From IMG/VR virus record IMGVR_UViG_3300010278_000003: 64,000 nt of DNA; one strand, given 5' to 3'. The notes under the pieces are model-generated. The model worked only from the letters and a program-made list of their open reading frames with translations, ran no database searches and had not been told where the DNA came from. The translations under genes and the position numbers were made by a program. This document shows, in pieces, positions 1-10,319 of this stretch (position 1 is its first letter; every line of letters starts with the position of its first letter). The stretch is from a virus.

Positions 1-162
1 TGAAATATATGAATAAATAAATAAATTAGGGGCTGAAGTGGATTAAACCATGCATAAACTCGTTACAAACCTTGATATTATGGGCTTTCTAAGCATTTGT
101 AAATTATTTCTAAATTCTTAAAAACTATCGTAACTTGGTGTATTTTATTGTAATTTGATAAA

Positions 163-190
163 AAAATGGTGTCAAAAATGGTGTACACCA
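163..190. repeat. Tandem direct repeat AAAAATGGTGT x2, possible integrase arm-type site near an att site
   Basis: aaaaatggtgtcaaaaatggtgtacaccat in non-coding DNA at the end of the late operon. The att role is inference. Confidence 0.3.
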
Positions 191-401
191 TAAGCCTAAA
201 AAGATTGCTTAAAACAATTATAAAGATTGTTTTTGACAATCATTCTAAAACGATACGGTAAAAAAACAAAGGACAGATCAAGTCACGCTAAAACACATCA
301 AAATAAAACAAATAAGCTGCAAAATATTTCCATAAAAATAGTTTATTTGCTTGACAAATAGTTTATACTTATTTTATTATGATTTCAAGGAGTGATATAA
401 T

Positions 402-635
402 ATGGCAAGAATAAAAAACAAAACAACAAAAGAAAAGTTAGAAGATGCACTTTTTAGAAAAGAAGAGTTGCACGAAGAAACAGTTAAGAATGATCTCTTA
501 ATTGCAGAACTTCAGAAACAATTAGAAGAAGAACAGTTTGAGGAAATCAAAAAATTAATTCACAGTTCCAATCTTACATTTGAGGAAGTTCAAAACCTTA
601 TTAAAGCAAAAACTGAAACTGTGGCAGCCAATTAA
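402..635 (+). CDS. Small coiled-coil protein (77 aa)
   Basis: RBS AAGGAG; TTGACA at 351 and TATTAT at 375 upstream; heptad-rich charged sequence. Confidence 0.6.
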   Translation: MARIKNKTTKEKLEDALFRKEELHEETVKNDLLIAELQKQLEEEQFEEIKKLIHSSNLTFEEVQNLIKAKTETVAAN

Positions 636-710
636 CAGTAATTAATTAAAACTAAACAAATTATAGACCGTACTTTATGTGCGGTTATTTTTGCGATCGG
701 AGGTGTTTAT

Positions 711-2153
711 ATGTACGAGAAAGAAACTGAACTATTCCTAAATAAACTAAAACAATTTGGAAATGTTACCAACAAAAACTTAACTATATCAGTGCTTTAT
801 AATCAAAAAATCAAACCGTCATCTGTTACAGAAGAAGAAATTGAAACATTATTTTCCGACACAAACGAGATATATTATTTCTCTGACTGTAAGGATATAG
901 ACGATTACGAAAGATTTGATTATACCCCATATAGAAAGGGGACTTTGAAAAACAAACTTGTAAAATTAACAACAGACTTGACAATTTATAAATTTCCTAT
1001 TTACGTTTCTTATAATTACAATAATTATTATCAAGAATGGAATGGAGTATATATCGGTTCTTTTGAAACAATATATGAAAGAAACTTTTTAGTGGAAAGG
1101 TATAACAATTATTCGACAAATAATGTAGACGAAAATTCTGAACCAAAGATTAATACAAAAATTGCAAATGCCTTAAAAGAGGTAATTGTGGATAGTAGTA
1201 ACAAAGAAGATATAAAAAATAAAAAACAAGTTGTTAATCTAAATACAAAAACAGATACTAAAATAAATACAGAAACAAACATAATAAGAGACAATCCTAT
1301 ATCTCCTAAAATTCCTATCTGTTATTCGTTTCCTGAAACAAAAATATTGGCAGAGAGTATTAAATCGAACATTCATAATCTTCAAGAATGGGGAAATGAG
1401 AGCGAAACACAGACATATAATATCTATAAGTATTTAGTATATTTTCAAGATGCAGTTATAAATAAATTGAATAATAAAACTCTTGACGAAAAACATTATA
1501 AAATAATAGATACAGCAGATGGATCAAAATATTTAATAATTAACAGCAGACTTCTTAATAACTATGCAGCATGGATATATTTAATGTATACAATCAGAGA
1601 ACGCATAAATAAATATAATAAAACAAAAGAATATTATGTTAAAGAATGTAGCTTATTATCAAATGTTTTTGATTTATTTTCGAAAGGTATTGATGGAAAG
1701 AAAGTAAATCTTAACGAGATAGAACCGATCAAATTTTATAACAACAAAGCTGATTTAATATTTGATGGAGAAGTAGAAGATTTTGATTTTGAGTTATCTA
1801 ACAGAAGTTTTTATCATATTATAGAAGAAAGAAAATTTAGATTGCCAAAAAATTTACAAGAGCAAAGCCCTGTTGGAATATCGTTTCAAATAAGAAACTC
1901 TATCGAATATTCTGTAATGATGTCAAAGGCTGACTATAATTATGTAGTAGCTTCTTATGATATTCAACGAGATAATATTCAGTATTTAATGCCGTTATTT
2001 ACAGATTATAATTTTGACAAAAAAGTGGAAACAGCATTAGTTATCAATAAGCTTACAAACGGCAGTTATGTCGTTGTAACAATTCTAACAATTAAAGAAG
2101 CTTACGAATCAGCCAGAATATTGAATAGACCAACGGCAATATGGTTTAGATAA
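711..2153 (+). CDS. DUF3825-domain protein
   Basis: C-terminal motifs HIIEERKFRLP, IQYLMPL and TILTIKEAYESARILNRP.AIW; RBS GGAGGT. Confidence 0.75.
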   Translation: MYEKETELFLNKLKQFGNVTNKNLTISVLYNQKIKPSSVTEEEIETLFSDTNEIYYFSDCKDIDDYERFDYTPYRKGTLKNKLVKLTTDLTIYKFPIYVSYNYNNYYQEWNGVYIGSFETIYERNFLVERYNNYSTNNVDENSEPKINTKIANALKEVIVDSSNKEDIKNKKQVVNLNTKTDTKINTETNIIRDNPISPKIPICYSFPETKILAESIKSNIHNLQEWGNESETQTYNIYKYLVYFQDAVINKLNNKTLDEKHYKIIDTADGSKYLIINSRLLNNYAAWIYLMYTIRERINKYNKTKEYYVKECSLLSNVFDLFSKGIDGKKVNLNEIEPIKFYNNKADLIFDGEVEDFDFELSNRSFYHIIEERKFRLPKNLQEQSPVGISFQIRNSIEYSVMMSKADYNYVVASYDIQRDNIQYLMPLFTDYNFDKKVETALVINKLTNGSYVVVTILTIKEAYESARILNRPTAIWFR

Positions 2154-2180
2154 AACATTATTAATAGCTTGCAAAATCGT

Positions 2181-2217
2181 AAAAAAAAGGGTACAGTCAT
2201 TCAGACTATACCCTTTA
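2181..2217. terminator. Intrinsic terminator between convergent genes
   Basis: aaaaaaagggtacagtc-attca-gactataccctttaa hairpin flanked by A and T tracts. Confidence 0.65.
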
Positions 2218-2409
2218 ATTTTGTTTATATTTAGCTATAACTGCTGCTAACATATCTTCTGTTTCTATCTTTCCATTGATATATTTCTGTGTTAATTCCA
2301 TTATATCTTCTGTCGGATTAATACCTTCGATTGCCAAAGTTCCCAGAGCATTATTTACATTTCTTTCACGAATAACTCTGTTTGTATGGTTCATTTTAAC
2401 ATTCCTCAA
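2215..2409 (-). CDS. VbhA-family antitoxin-like protein (no Fic toxin seen)
   Basis: RERNVNNALGTLAIEG...YINGKI resembles VbhA, including the (S/T)xxxE(G/N) Fic-inhibitory motif TLAIEG. Confidence 0.65.
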   Translation of the reverse strand: MRNVKMNHTNRVIRERNVNNALGTLAIEGINPTEDIMELTQKYINGKIETEDMLAAVIAKYKQN

Positions 2410-2587
2410 TTTCCTTTTCTGTAATTATAACCTTAAGCTCACCGGTTTCCTCATCTGTATCAAAAATAAAATTATGGCTATTTATATAACGTCTTCTTTC
2501 AAGATATTCTTCAGAAGGGCGTTTACCTTTTAATTCTTTCTTTGAAGTTATAAATGGGGTTTTGGATTTAATAGCATAAACAGCCAT
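2396..2587 (-). CDS. Hypothetical protein (63 aa, MAVYAIKSKTPF...)
   Basis: RBS AAGGAG before ATG 2587; overlaps the start of the VbhA-like gene. Confidence 0.6.
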   Translation of the reverse strand: MAVYAIKSKTPFITSKKELKGKRPSEEYLERRRYINSHNFIFDTDEETGELKVIITEKEIEEC

Positions 2588-2813
2588 AATATCATCTCCT
2601 TTATAATATACTTTTATTACTATAATTAAATTATTCTCTTTTACATAAAAAGAAAATACCACCCAGCATTTAATAACTGAATGGCATTTCCTTTTTGAAT
2701 AAATATTTCTTAAATAATCTGTTTCAACTCACAGAGATTACTCTCTGACAACTTACAAATATAATATAGCACACTTATTTTGAATTGTCTATAGTTTTTT
2801 TTAAAAAACTAAA

Positions 2814-2908
2814 AGCATAATTACTTTGGATGGGCGGTGTATCCATCATCTCAGGTACTCATTTAAGAGTGTGTCGGGAACCATTTCCGACCTCAAAATA
2901 ATTATGCT
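2814..2908 (-). ncRNA. Candidate multi-stem ncRNA downstream of the PBECR gene
   Basis: 10-bp closing stem AGCATAATTA/TAATTATGCT enclosing three hairpins; own TTGACA-17-TATATT promoter at 2966-2938. Confidence 0.6.
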
Positions 2909-2962
2909 CAATAGTATTTTATTTAATTTATAGTAATAATATACTACTATTTTTATTCATTG

Positions 2963-3355
2963 TCAATTATTTTTTTTAATTCTTCCACTAAATAAACGTC
3001 TTGATATTTTAGATTGCTGAATATCAATCATAGTTGATACATATAAATAATTTCTATCTGTATCTAATTTAATTCCAATCATTACATTATCTGTGTAAAC
3101 TTTTATAAGTTCTATGCTTATTTCATGTTCGTTTGGATTAACACCTATGTAATCTGGTTCGGAAATAATATCAGGTATATAGTCAATATACTTTAAGCAT
3201 TTATAATGTTTTCTTTTTACTATATGCGAAGGAAGACCTTTTGATCTATATATATCTAAATTTTTTATATTTATTCCTAAAATATCATTAAACTTAGAAT
3301 TATATTCACCAACTTTTAATAAATCTTCCTCTTCGTTCATTTGCATGTACCTCAT
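2963..3355 (-). CDS. PBECR (phage Barnase-EndoU-ColicinE5/D-RelE) fold nuclease
   Basis: IYRSKGLPSHIVKRKH...YIPDIISEPDYIGVNP pattern typical of PBECR2/3 proteins. Confidence 0.6.
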   Translation of the reverse strand: MRYMQMNEEEDLLKVGEYNSKFNDILGINIKNLDIYRSKGLPSHIVKRKHYKCLKYIDYIPDIISEPDYIGVNPNEHEISIELIKVYTDNVMIGIKLDTDRNYLYVSTMIDIQQSKISRRLFSGRIKKNN

Positions 3356-3680
3356 TCTTTTTTAATTATAAAACATTATATCATAAAATGTGGAAAAATC
3401 AATTTTTAAAGTTAAAAAGGGTATAGCACTAACTATACCCTACTTTGGTAAACCAAAGTGACCTCGCTGGTCAAATCATCTTACATAAAACAGCTTTGTC
3501 AGCCAAAAAGATAAAAACTCTTTTATCTATTATTATATGAAAAATACATAGAACTAACAATTGGTAAAATCTACAAAAAAGTAAACTTGATGCCAATTTG
3601 CTTTTGGGAAATTTTAATTGTTTCACATAAAAAAATAGGGCATACATCTCTGCATACCCTATATTCTCTATTACCTCAAT

Positions 3681-3923
3681 TTACTGCCCATCGTCATACG
3701 AAAATGTAATAACGTCAACTCCGTTTACCGTTTCTTTGCCGATAGTAAATCCATTAATCTGAGCACTAAGCTTTTGAACTAAATCATATAAGTCAGGAGC
3801 TTTGGCAATTTCTTCTTTAAAATGATCTTCTGTTCCAGTGTAGCCACCTTCAATAGCATAATCATATGCTGATTTACCTCTTGCACCTTGACCTAATAAT
3901 TTACTTCCTTGATATATTGCCAT
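3681..3923 (-). CDS. Small tail-fibre-associated protein
   Basis: GKSAYDYAIEGGYTGTE motif common in Firmicutes phage fibres; last gene of the late operon, terminator at ~3630-3662. Confidence 0.6.
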   Translation of the reverse strand: MAIYQGSKLLGQGARGKSAYDYAIEGGYTGTEDHFKEEIAKAPDLYDLVQKLSAQINGFTIGKETVNGVDVITFSYDDGQ

Positions 3924-3936
3924 TTTATCACCGTCC

Positions 3937-4935
3937 TTATATGCCTAACTTCCATACCCCATTTACTTTTACATACTGTGCTACTATTGGTTTCCATACA
4001 CCAGATACCTTTACACGACCTTCTGAAGATGTGATTATTTGCGAATCTTTTTTTACCCGGAACGTAACTGTTGAAACTTCAATAGCAGTAATTCTAATAT
4101 ATCCATTACCACTATGTCCTGTTTCTGAAGCACCAGAGGGTGATGTAAATGCTGTATTACCTGCAATAGTAGAAGCGTCTGTTAAATAATAAGCCGAATT
4201 TAAGAGACAGCCAGAAGGGTAGTTTGATGCTGTTATGGAAGTGTAAACATAGCCTGAACCACCGCCATTACTATTTCTATATGTGGAAGCACTACTATCA
4301 GAGTATTTTGAATGAGTACCACCTCCATACCATCCACCTCCGCCTCCACCAGAACCATATTTATAATTAAGTCCTGAAGAGTTAACAGAAGCACCAACAC
4401 CAAAAGAACCATTAGTACCTGCTTTGGTTTGTGTAGCTATAAATTCGGAAATAGGTGAACCACCAGATTCTCCACCACCATACTTTGTGGTATCGGCATT
4501 AATAGAAGCTGATCCACCGCCGCCACCAGCAACAATTACTCTGGAATATAAAGAGTCTGTCGATATACGTATGTCAGAAGCACCGCCACCACCTTGTCCA
4601 TAAGTGTAAGTACTTGAATAATGTCGGACAGCACCATCTCCACCACCATTGAACCCTCCTGGTACAACAGTTCTTGATGTTGATACTGTAGCTGGTTGCC
4701 CACCAGTATACAAAAATACAACAGTTTCTTGTGCTATGGATAATACTCCATGAGAATAACCACCTAAACCGCCATAGTAAGTCTTGTAGCTACCTCCCTG
4801 TGCTCCCCAACATTCAAGTTTATAAGTGCCTTTGGGAAGTGTGATAGACTTAACAACACCACTATAAGGACAGTTAAGTATATCACCTTTTTTAATTTTA
4901 CTTGGAATTGCAGATGTTAAATCATATGTACTCAT
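3937..4935 (-). CDS. Glycine-rich domain protein, probable receptor-binding or tail protein
   Basis: GTYKLECWGAQGG, GGGGASDIR, IVAGGGGG, GGGGGWYGG and GNGYIRIT motifs. Confidence 0.75.
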   Translation of the reverse strand: MSTYDLTSAIPSKIKKGDILNCPYSGVVKSITLPKGTYKLECWGAQGGSYKTYYGGLGGYSHGVLSIAQETVVFLYTGGQPATVSTSRTVVPGGFNGGGDGAVRHYSSTYTYGQGGGGASDIRISTDSLYSRVIVAGGGGGSASINADTTKYGGGESGGSPISEFIATQTKAGTNGSFGVGASVNSSGLNYKYGSGGGGGGWYGGGTHSKYSDSSASTYRNSNGGGSGYVYTSITASNYPSGCLLNSAYYLTDASTIAGNTAFTSPSGASETGHSGNGYIRITAIEVSTVTFRVKKDSQIITSSEGRVKVSGVWKPIVAQYVKVNGVWKLGI

Positions 4936-4947
4936 CTAATCAACTCC

Positions 4948-5622
4948 TTACTCGTACACTACCCAAATGTCACCATCATTTCCGTCCGATGCAGTAGGTT
5001 CGCTTGTCGAAGCATAAACTTTAGGTATACTCAAACTAATAATTTTATTTGTAACAGTGGCAGCAGTACCATTGACATTAACACCTTGAATAAGTACTGT
5101 TTTGTCTATTTCAGCCTTTACTGCGTTGACATCATCTCTAACACCAGCAGTTTGATTTCTCACTATCGTACAATTGGCTAATGCAGTCTCACAATCGCTC
5201 TTTATACCATTCATATCAGATTTAGCAGTAGTCACGTAAGGGTCTAATATGTTCGTTTTATAATTAGCCATTTGAGTGTTTACATTATTCTCAACATTAC
5301 TGTCTATCTCGGCAGATTTTGCTGTCATTAATCTGTTAAATTCATCAACAGTGGCGTAACCTGTATCAGTATCATCATCTGTGACTATATATGTAACGGT
5401 AGCATCTTTGGTTGTTACTGCGTTAAATTCAGCTTTTGTACCCACCCAAAAGTTTTCACTTTTATTTTTATTTTTCTCTTTAATAGATGGATTAGAAGCA
5501 AGTGTTTTTACTTCACCTAACTCTGTTTTATTTGCAAAAAAACCTTTCAACTTATTTACAAGTATTCCTAATGCAGTATCGCTCACATATTTCTTTTCTA
5601 CGGTTGAACCCAAATATCTCAC
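4948..5622 (-). CDS. Tail fibre or adaptor protein
   Basis: FWVGTKAEF...TTKDATVTY fibre motif, coiled coil, C-terminal EPTASDGNDGDIW. Confidence 0.6.
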   Translation of the reverse strand: MRYLGSTVEKKYVSDTALGILVNKLKGFFANKTELGEVKTLASNPSIKEKNKNKSENFWVGTKAEFNAVTTKDATVTYIVTDDDTDTGYATVDEFNRLMTAKSAEIDSNVENNVNTQMANYKTNILDPYVTTAKSDMNGIKSDCETALANCTIVRNQTAGVRDDVNAVKAEIDKTVLIQGVNVNGTAATVTNKIISLSIPKVYASTSEPTASDGNDGDIWVVYE

Positions 5623-5628
5623 CGTCCT

Positions 5629-6408
5629 TTAGATAGTTCCATTACGATCAAGCATTACAAAAATTCTTAACATATCATCTGATAAATTAAGATTATTCTG
5701 ATCTGCTATAAGTTTTTTATTTATCATTTTCTGTACCGTTTCTTTACCCCAAGAAGGTACTTCTGCAAGCTTGTTGTATCTGATTACCATATCTTCTTCG
5801 TCCTCCTTGTTTTTGTTGTTTGAGACATTACCCTTGCTTATTTCAGATTTAATTTTATTTTTAAAGTTATACCATTTCTTTAACGCTGTTTCATTTACAC
5901 AGAATGGGTTAGGGCAAACCTTACCTGTAACAGAAGAGTGCATAATTACATGGTTTATATCTATTTTGTGTTCTTTCATTAACTGGACAACTAACTGCAC
6001 AGTAAGATTGATTACTTTATCAGTGAAATACCAGTCTGTGTCAGTGGCATATAAGGTAGATTTATTTACCTTACTTGAACACATTTCAATAGATATACTA
6101 TTTGCATTAGTACATACTCCGTAATATTTTGCAGATTCACTACAAGTCTTGTTAGGATATTTATTTCCACCAACTGACCATGTGTATTGATTTTTAATAT
6201 CTTTATTACAGAGATAGATATTCTCATCATCAACTACATAATCAGCAGAAGCTTCCCTGTTGCTTGTGGCAAATCCATTAGCAATAGCCTTAGCCTTGCC
6301 AGAAGAACTTGATGTTCCTGCTGTGTAATGAATTGTAATCCAATCTATTTTTCTATTTGATTTTCTTGTAACCTTGTTGGTGTACAACGTATTAATTTTT
6401 AAACTCAT
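5629..6408 (-). CDS. Endolysin, N-acetylmuramoyl-L-alanine amidase (Amidase_2)
   Basis: TIHYTA, NANSISIEMC, VIMHSSVTGKVCP zinc-amidase motifs plus a C-terminal putative cell-wall-binding domain. Confidence 0.9.
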   Translation of the reverse strand: MSLKINTLYTNKVTRKSNRKIDWITIHYTAGTSSSSGKAKAIANGFATSNREASADYVVDDENIYLCNKDIKNQYTWSVGGNKYPNKTCSESAKYYGVCTNANSISIEMCSSKVNKSTLYATDTDWYFTDKVINLTVQLVVQLMKEHKIDINHVIMHSSVTGKVCPNPFCVNETALKKWYNFKNKIKSEISKGNVSNNKNKEDEEDMVIRYNKLAEVPSWGKETVQKMINKKLIADQNNLNLSDDMLRIFVMLDRNGTI

Positions 6409-6446
6409 AATTCACCACCAAAATAAAAAAGGGTGATTTCTCACCC

Positions 6447-6887
6447 TTAGTTACTTTCTTGAACTTTATTCTGTTCAATTTGTTTATTCTGTTTGTTCTG
6501 TTTTATAATACTTTCAATAAGCGTATTAAGATAAACTTCAACATTACCTACAAGCTTATTTAATTCAGAAGTCATTTCATCACTTAATATTTCAAGGACA
6601 GCAGATGTAGTTTTCTGTAAAGCTATTTTCTGTGCTTCAATATCAAACTTGCCTTGTTCTCTTAAAGCGTCTGCATAAGTCTGGTTTGTGCATTCAATAC
6701 ACTGTACAACAATATCATAGACACGTAAGAGTAAATATTTTTCATTATCTGTCTTGTCAGAATTCGAAACAGCATCTTTTTTAGCTTTTAAACATGAAAC
6801 CACATATTTTGTTAAATAAGCAAGTAATGGAATTATAATAATGTTAATGATTGTATTTATATTTTCAGAAGTAAAAATATCCTCCAT
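6447..6887 (-). CDS. Putative holin
   Basis: N-terminal TM helix, CIECTNQTYADALREQGKFD motif, directly upstream of the endolysin. Confidence 0.6.
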   Translation of the reverse strand: MEDIFTSENINTIINIIIIPLLAYLTKYVVSCLKAKKDAVSNSDKTDNEKYLLLRVYDIVVQCIECTNQTYADALREQGKFDIEAQKIALQKTTSAVLEILSDEMTSELNKLVGNVEVYLNTLIESIIKQNKQNKQIEQNKVQESN

Positions 6888-6909
6888 AGTTTTCTTCCTT
6901 TCGTTCCAA

Positions 6910-7302
6910 TTAAACTTTGTTTTCTACATCTTCGCTAATAGAATTTTGTAACGAAGAATCTATCTTATCCGTTACACTTTGCTCTATAACATCCAATTCA
7001 AGTCCCAAAGACTCAGCTTGTTCGGGTGTGAGCATGTCGGATAATTTTATCTTAAATCGTGCAAATGCTATCTTAATTTTAAGTAAATTTTCTGACTTTG
7101 CTTTATTGTAGTAAAAAGCAAAACCTGTGCCTAAAATTGCAAAACTTGAAACGCAGGAGTAAGAAAAAAATGATACATCATATCTTAAAATAGACAGCAC
7201 AACACCTGCTATTATTTGAACCCAAACAATAGCAAATGTACGATCTAAAATCTTTTTTGAATATTCTTTAGGTTGTTTTTTGTTATTTGTCTTTTTTATC
7301 AT
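6910..7302 (-). CDS. Two-TM membrane protein of the lysis cassette
   Basis: EYSKKIL, two hydrophobic helices, FYYNKAKSEN. Confidence 0.6.
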   Translation of the reverse strand: MIKKTNNKKQPKEYSKKILDRTFAIVWVQIIAGVVLSILRYDVSFFSYSCVSSFAILGTGFAFYYNKAKSENLLKIKIAFARFKIKLSDMLTPEQAESLGLELDVIEQSVTDKIDSSLQNSISEDVENKV

Positions 7303-7317
7303 GTGCTCACCGTCACT

Positions 7318-7770
7318 TTATTTTGGAATAGTGTTAATAATGAAATAAGCAACCCCACCACCAATTAAAACAGGGATAGCTTTGTCTTTTATAAATGTCA
7401 CAAAATCAAACTTACCTTTTTCGGAAAGAGTGTTTACCTTTATGTCTGTTTGTCCAATTTTTTCATTGACTTCTTGTAAAGCACTTTTAAAATCTTCTTG
7501 ATTTATTACTAACTCTCGTCTTACTTCTTGAATTTGGTTGTTTAGACTAACATTCATAGTTGATAGAGTAGTGCTCATCGTATTTAATGTTTCCACTGTT
7601 TTTTGAGAAGTTTTTCTTTCTTCTTCAAGTATAAAAGATAATCTATCAATAGCTCCTGCCTCATTTTCCAATTTAGTAATAATGCTTTCGTGTCTGGCTA
7701 AAGTATCTTGTGTGTTCTTTATTTCCTGTTCGTGACGACTTATTTTTTCGATTATTTGAATATCATCCAT
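7318..7770 (-). CDS. Coiled-coil protein with C-terminal TM anchor (XhlA/holin-like)
   Basis: Heptad repeats followed by AIPVLIGGGVAYFII. Confidence 0.55.
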   Translation of the reverse strand: MDDIQIIEKISRHEQEIKNTQDTLARHESIITKLENEAGAIDRLSFILEEERKTSQKTVETLNTMSTTLSTMNVSLNNQIQEVRRELVINQEDFKSALQEVNEKIGQTDIKVNTLSEKGKFDFVTFIKDKAIPVLIGGGVAYFIINTIPK

Positions 7771-7838
7771 ACAACACCACCCGTTTTATTTAAAAGAAAA
7801 GGGCGGTAATTAAACCGCCCAAACAACGAGTGACATTA

Positions 7839-8222
7839 TCAGCCTACAATCTGAAGATATACTTCATTAGCAATTCTCATTACTTTCTGTATAGCCTTGG
7901 GAAGGATTTTCTTATCAACTGTAACCTTACCATCAACATGATATGTGTCTTCAAGTGTAATATATCTGACATCATGTTCTCTTGCATACTTATCAAGATA
8001 AACATAACCATTACCTGCACCATAGATTACTGTTTTGATACCATTAATAATTACATAACCGCCTTCAGCTTCAAATTCATCTGTTACCATAACCTTACTT
8101 ACAGCATAACCTTTTACGTTATCAACATTTTCCGAACCATGAAGAATACCATACTTGTCTACATAAATTGCTACTTCTTTACCTGTAAGTACTACATTTT
8201 CTTTGTTCATAATTTTTCTCAT
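7839..8222 (-). CDS. Hypothetical protein
   Basis: Strong RBS AAGGAGG; hairpin terminator at 7797-7822. Confidence 0.65.
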   Translation of the reverse strand: MRKIMNKENVVLTGKEVAIYVDKYGILHGSENVDNVKGYAVSKVMVTDEFEAEGGYVIINGIKTVIYGAGNGYVYLDKYAREHDVRYITLEDTYHVDGKVTVDKKILPKAIQKVMRIANEVYLQIVG

Positions 8223-8411
8223 AATAAATTCCTCCTTAAATTAAAAAAGACCCTCAATTTTGAGAGCCGATTGAAAAGTAATATTTTTGTTTTTATGTAT
8301 AGTGATTATGTCTATATATTGTGTTAAACAGTGATGTAAATAATTTATGTCAAATATAATGTCTGTATAATAAAATAACCACTTTAATTAAATGGTTATA
8401 TTTTTGTTACA

Positions 8412-9020
8412 TTAATCTATTTTTTTGATAATTAGATTTTTCAAAGTGCCATCATAAGAATCTTGTTCGTAACGACCTTTTACTGTAAGAGCAGTTCCAG
8501 CAGGTACATATATCATAGCATCTCTATAACTTCCATAATCAGTATTACTTGATATATAACCATCATATATAGTACTTTTTGAATTGCTTACATGTAAAAA
8601 TATATTATTAACACAAAGTGTATAACCATCATCCGTTTTACCACTTACATCAGCACTTATTAAATACAAAGTGTCTTTAGTTGGCGTTTCGGTAAAAAGA
8701 GTTGTTTCTGTTTTACTATGATGTTGTTTTAAATAAAAAACAAACTTTTCGCCACCAGATTCAGAGGTATTGCTAATTATTGTATCAGTTTTGTTTAATA
8801 TATCCTGAGCTTCGTTAGCAATAGTATCCAGTTGTCTAATAACTCTATTTAATTTAGCCATTGCAGTTCCTGCAATTTCACTCGCAGATACATAATCATC
8901 ATCAGTTTGACCAATTTGTTTGTTTCTTAAATTACCAAGATTAGTCAATGTGTTCATTGTGTTTTCCCATGTATTGTCCAAGGTTGGCTTGTCTGCTACT
9001 TGAATTTTTTGAATTGCCAT
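8412..9020 (-). CDS. Tail fibre-like protein
   Basis: IQVADKPTLD N-terminal motif, coiled coil, beta-rich C-terminus; position in the tail module. Confidence 0.5.
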   Translation of the reverse strand: MAIQKIQVADKPTLDNTWENTMNTLTNLGNLRNKQIGQTDDDYVSASEIAGTAMAKLNRVIRQLDTIANEAQDILNKTDTIISNTSESGGEKFVFYLKQHHSKTETTLFTETPTKDTLYLISADVSGKTDDGYTLCVNNIFLHVSNSKSTIYDGYISSNTDYGSYRDAMIYVPAGTALTVKGRYEQDSYDGTLKNLIIKKID

Positions 9021-9243
9021 TATAAAATCACCATCCTTTCATTGTTATAAAAGTATGTTCCACGCCAAAAATCATTTCTTAAATTATCATTTAAAATATT
9101 ATCATTTAAAATGTGGATAAGTTTTAAGAATTTAGTTAAATAGTCATATCTTTCACCAGAACATATTTTCAGGGGGGTACAACTATTTTTGTTAATTGCT
9201 TTGTTAATTAGAAAAATGTGCATAATTTTCCTCCTTAATTTTT

Positions 9244-10290
9244 TCACTGACCATCATCATAGGTACAGCATAAAATCCCGTTTTCAACTGAAAATTTTAT
9301 GCCACCTAAATCTGATTCAAGTTTTGTTTCAAGATCGGTTATTTTCTTGTTGGTAGTGTTATATACATTTTGAATGTTGGCATCAAAACCTTCTAATGTG
9401 GTAGTTAGGTTAGTATTACTATCTATCATAATGTCATCAGCAGACTGAGATAACTCAAAACATTGCTCCCAGTAAACACTACCATCAGAAGGTGTTTTAC
9501 CTGAAAAATTATCTTGTTTTGCAAACCAAAGTTTATGGTTGTAGCTAACCATATCATCTTTATGATAAACCAAATTGGAATCATAAACGCCTCTTGGTGC
9601 AAGTCCTAAACCAGTGTCTCCTTTATCACCTTTGAGCGTAATAGGAATAAATGAATCAGAAGTAGGTAAATTACCAGTTGTAGAATTGGCAACAACCATA
9701 TAAGCATTGGTTGTTTCTCCAACAACATAAGTAACTACTTGAAATTTGTTATATGTTTTACGAGAGTCAAAAGCCCCCTCGTAAGTGCAAAGACTCTGTA
9801 TATATGCTTCGAAGTTATCTACAGCAGTTTGTAATGCTTGTTTTGCATCTGATACCTTAGTATCTATACCAGAATCAGTATTGGCTATCTTATTAGAAAA
9901 ATTCTGATAATCTTCATCAACCTTATCTGAGAAATTCTGATACTTTGTATTTACCTTATTGGTATATTCGCTTTCAACATCTTTAACTTCTTGAATTGCC
10001 GAATTTTTCATATCAGTTATATAACCGTTTACATTCTTGTTGAATGTTCGCTGAACGGCAATTATATCATGATGAAGCTTTAAAATTATGTAAGCATTTA
10101 TAATACATTTCTGTAAATTAGGATTGTCAGCAAGTAATTGTTCTGCTGCATTAGTATTTCCTGCGGCATAATACTCATTATACTGATTAAGTAATGGAAC
10201 TTCGCTTGCATATGGATCTCTTATATCCATTAGGTCAGATACAGCATCTGGAAATTGGGTATGTATTAAATCCGGTTCTGTCTTACTCAT
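9244..10290 (-). CDS. Tail or baseplate-associated fibre protein
   Basis: Coiled coil, collagen-like GDKGDTG, GxYD...Y...D.V.Y repeats. Confidence 0.6.
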   Translation of the reverse strand: MSKTEPDLIHTQFPDAVSDLMDIRDPYASEVPLLNQYNEYYAAGNTNAAEQLLADNPNLQKCIINAYIILKLHHDIIAVQRTFNKNVNGYITDMKNSAIQEVKDVESEYTNKVNTKYQNFSDKVDEDYQNFSNKIANTDSGIDTKVSDAKQALQTAVDNFEAYIQSLCTYEGAFDSRKTYNKFQVVTYVVGETTNAYMVVANSTTGNLPTSDSFIPITLKGDKGDTGLGLAPRGVYDSNLVYHKDDMVSYNHKLWFAKQDNFSGKTPSDGSVYWEQCFELSQSADDIMIDSNTNLTTTLEGFDANIQNVYNTTNKKITDLETKLESDLGGIKFSVENGILCCTYDDGQ

Positions 10291-10319
10291 TTACCATTTC
10301 CTCCCTCCCTTTTAGAATG

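Noticed and set aside
9020-9247. 75-aa ORF between fibre genes
   Set aside because: It has an RBS and a short fibre-like N-terminal motif (KAINKNSCTPL), but the rest looks degenerate. It may be a remnant and is not supportable as a functional gene.
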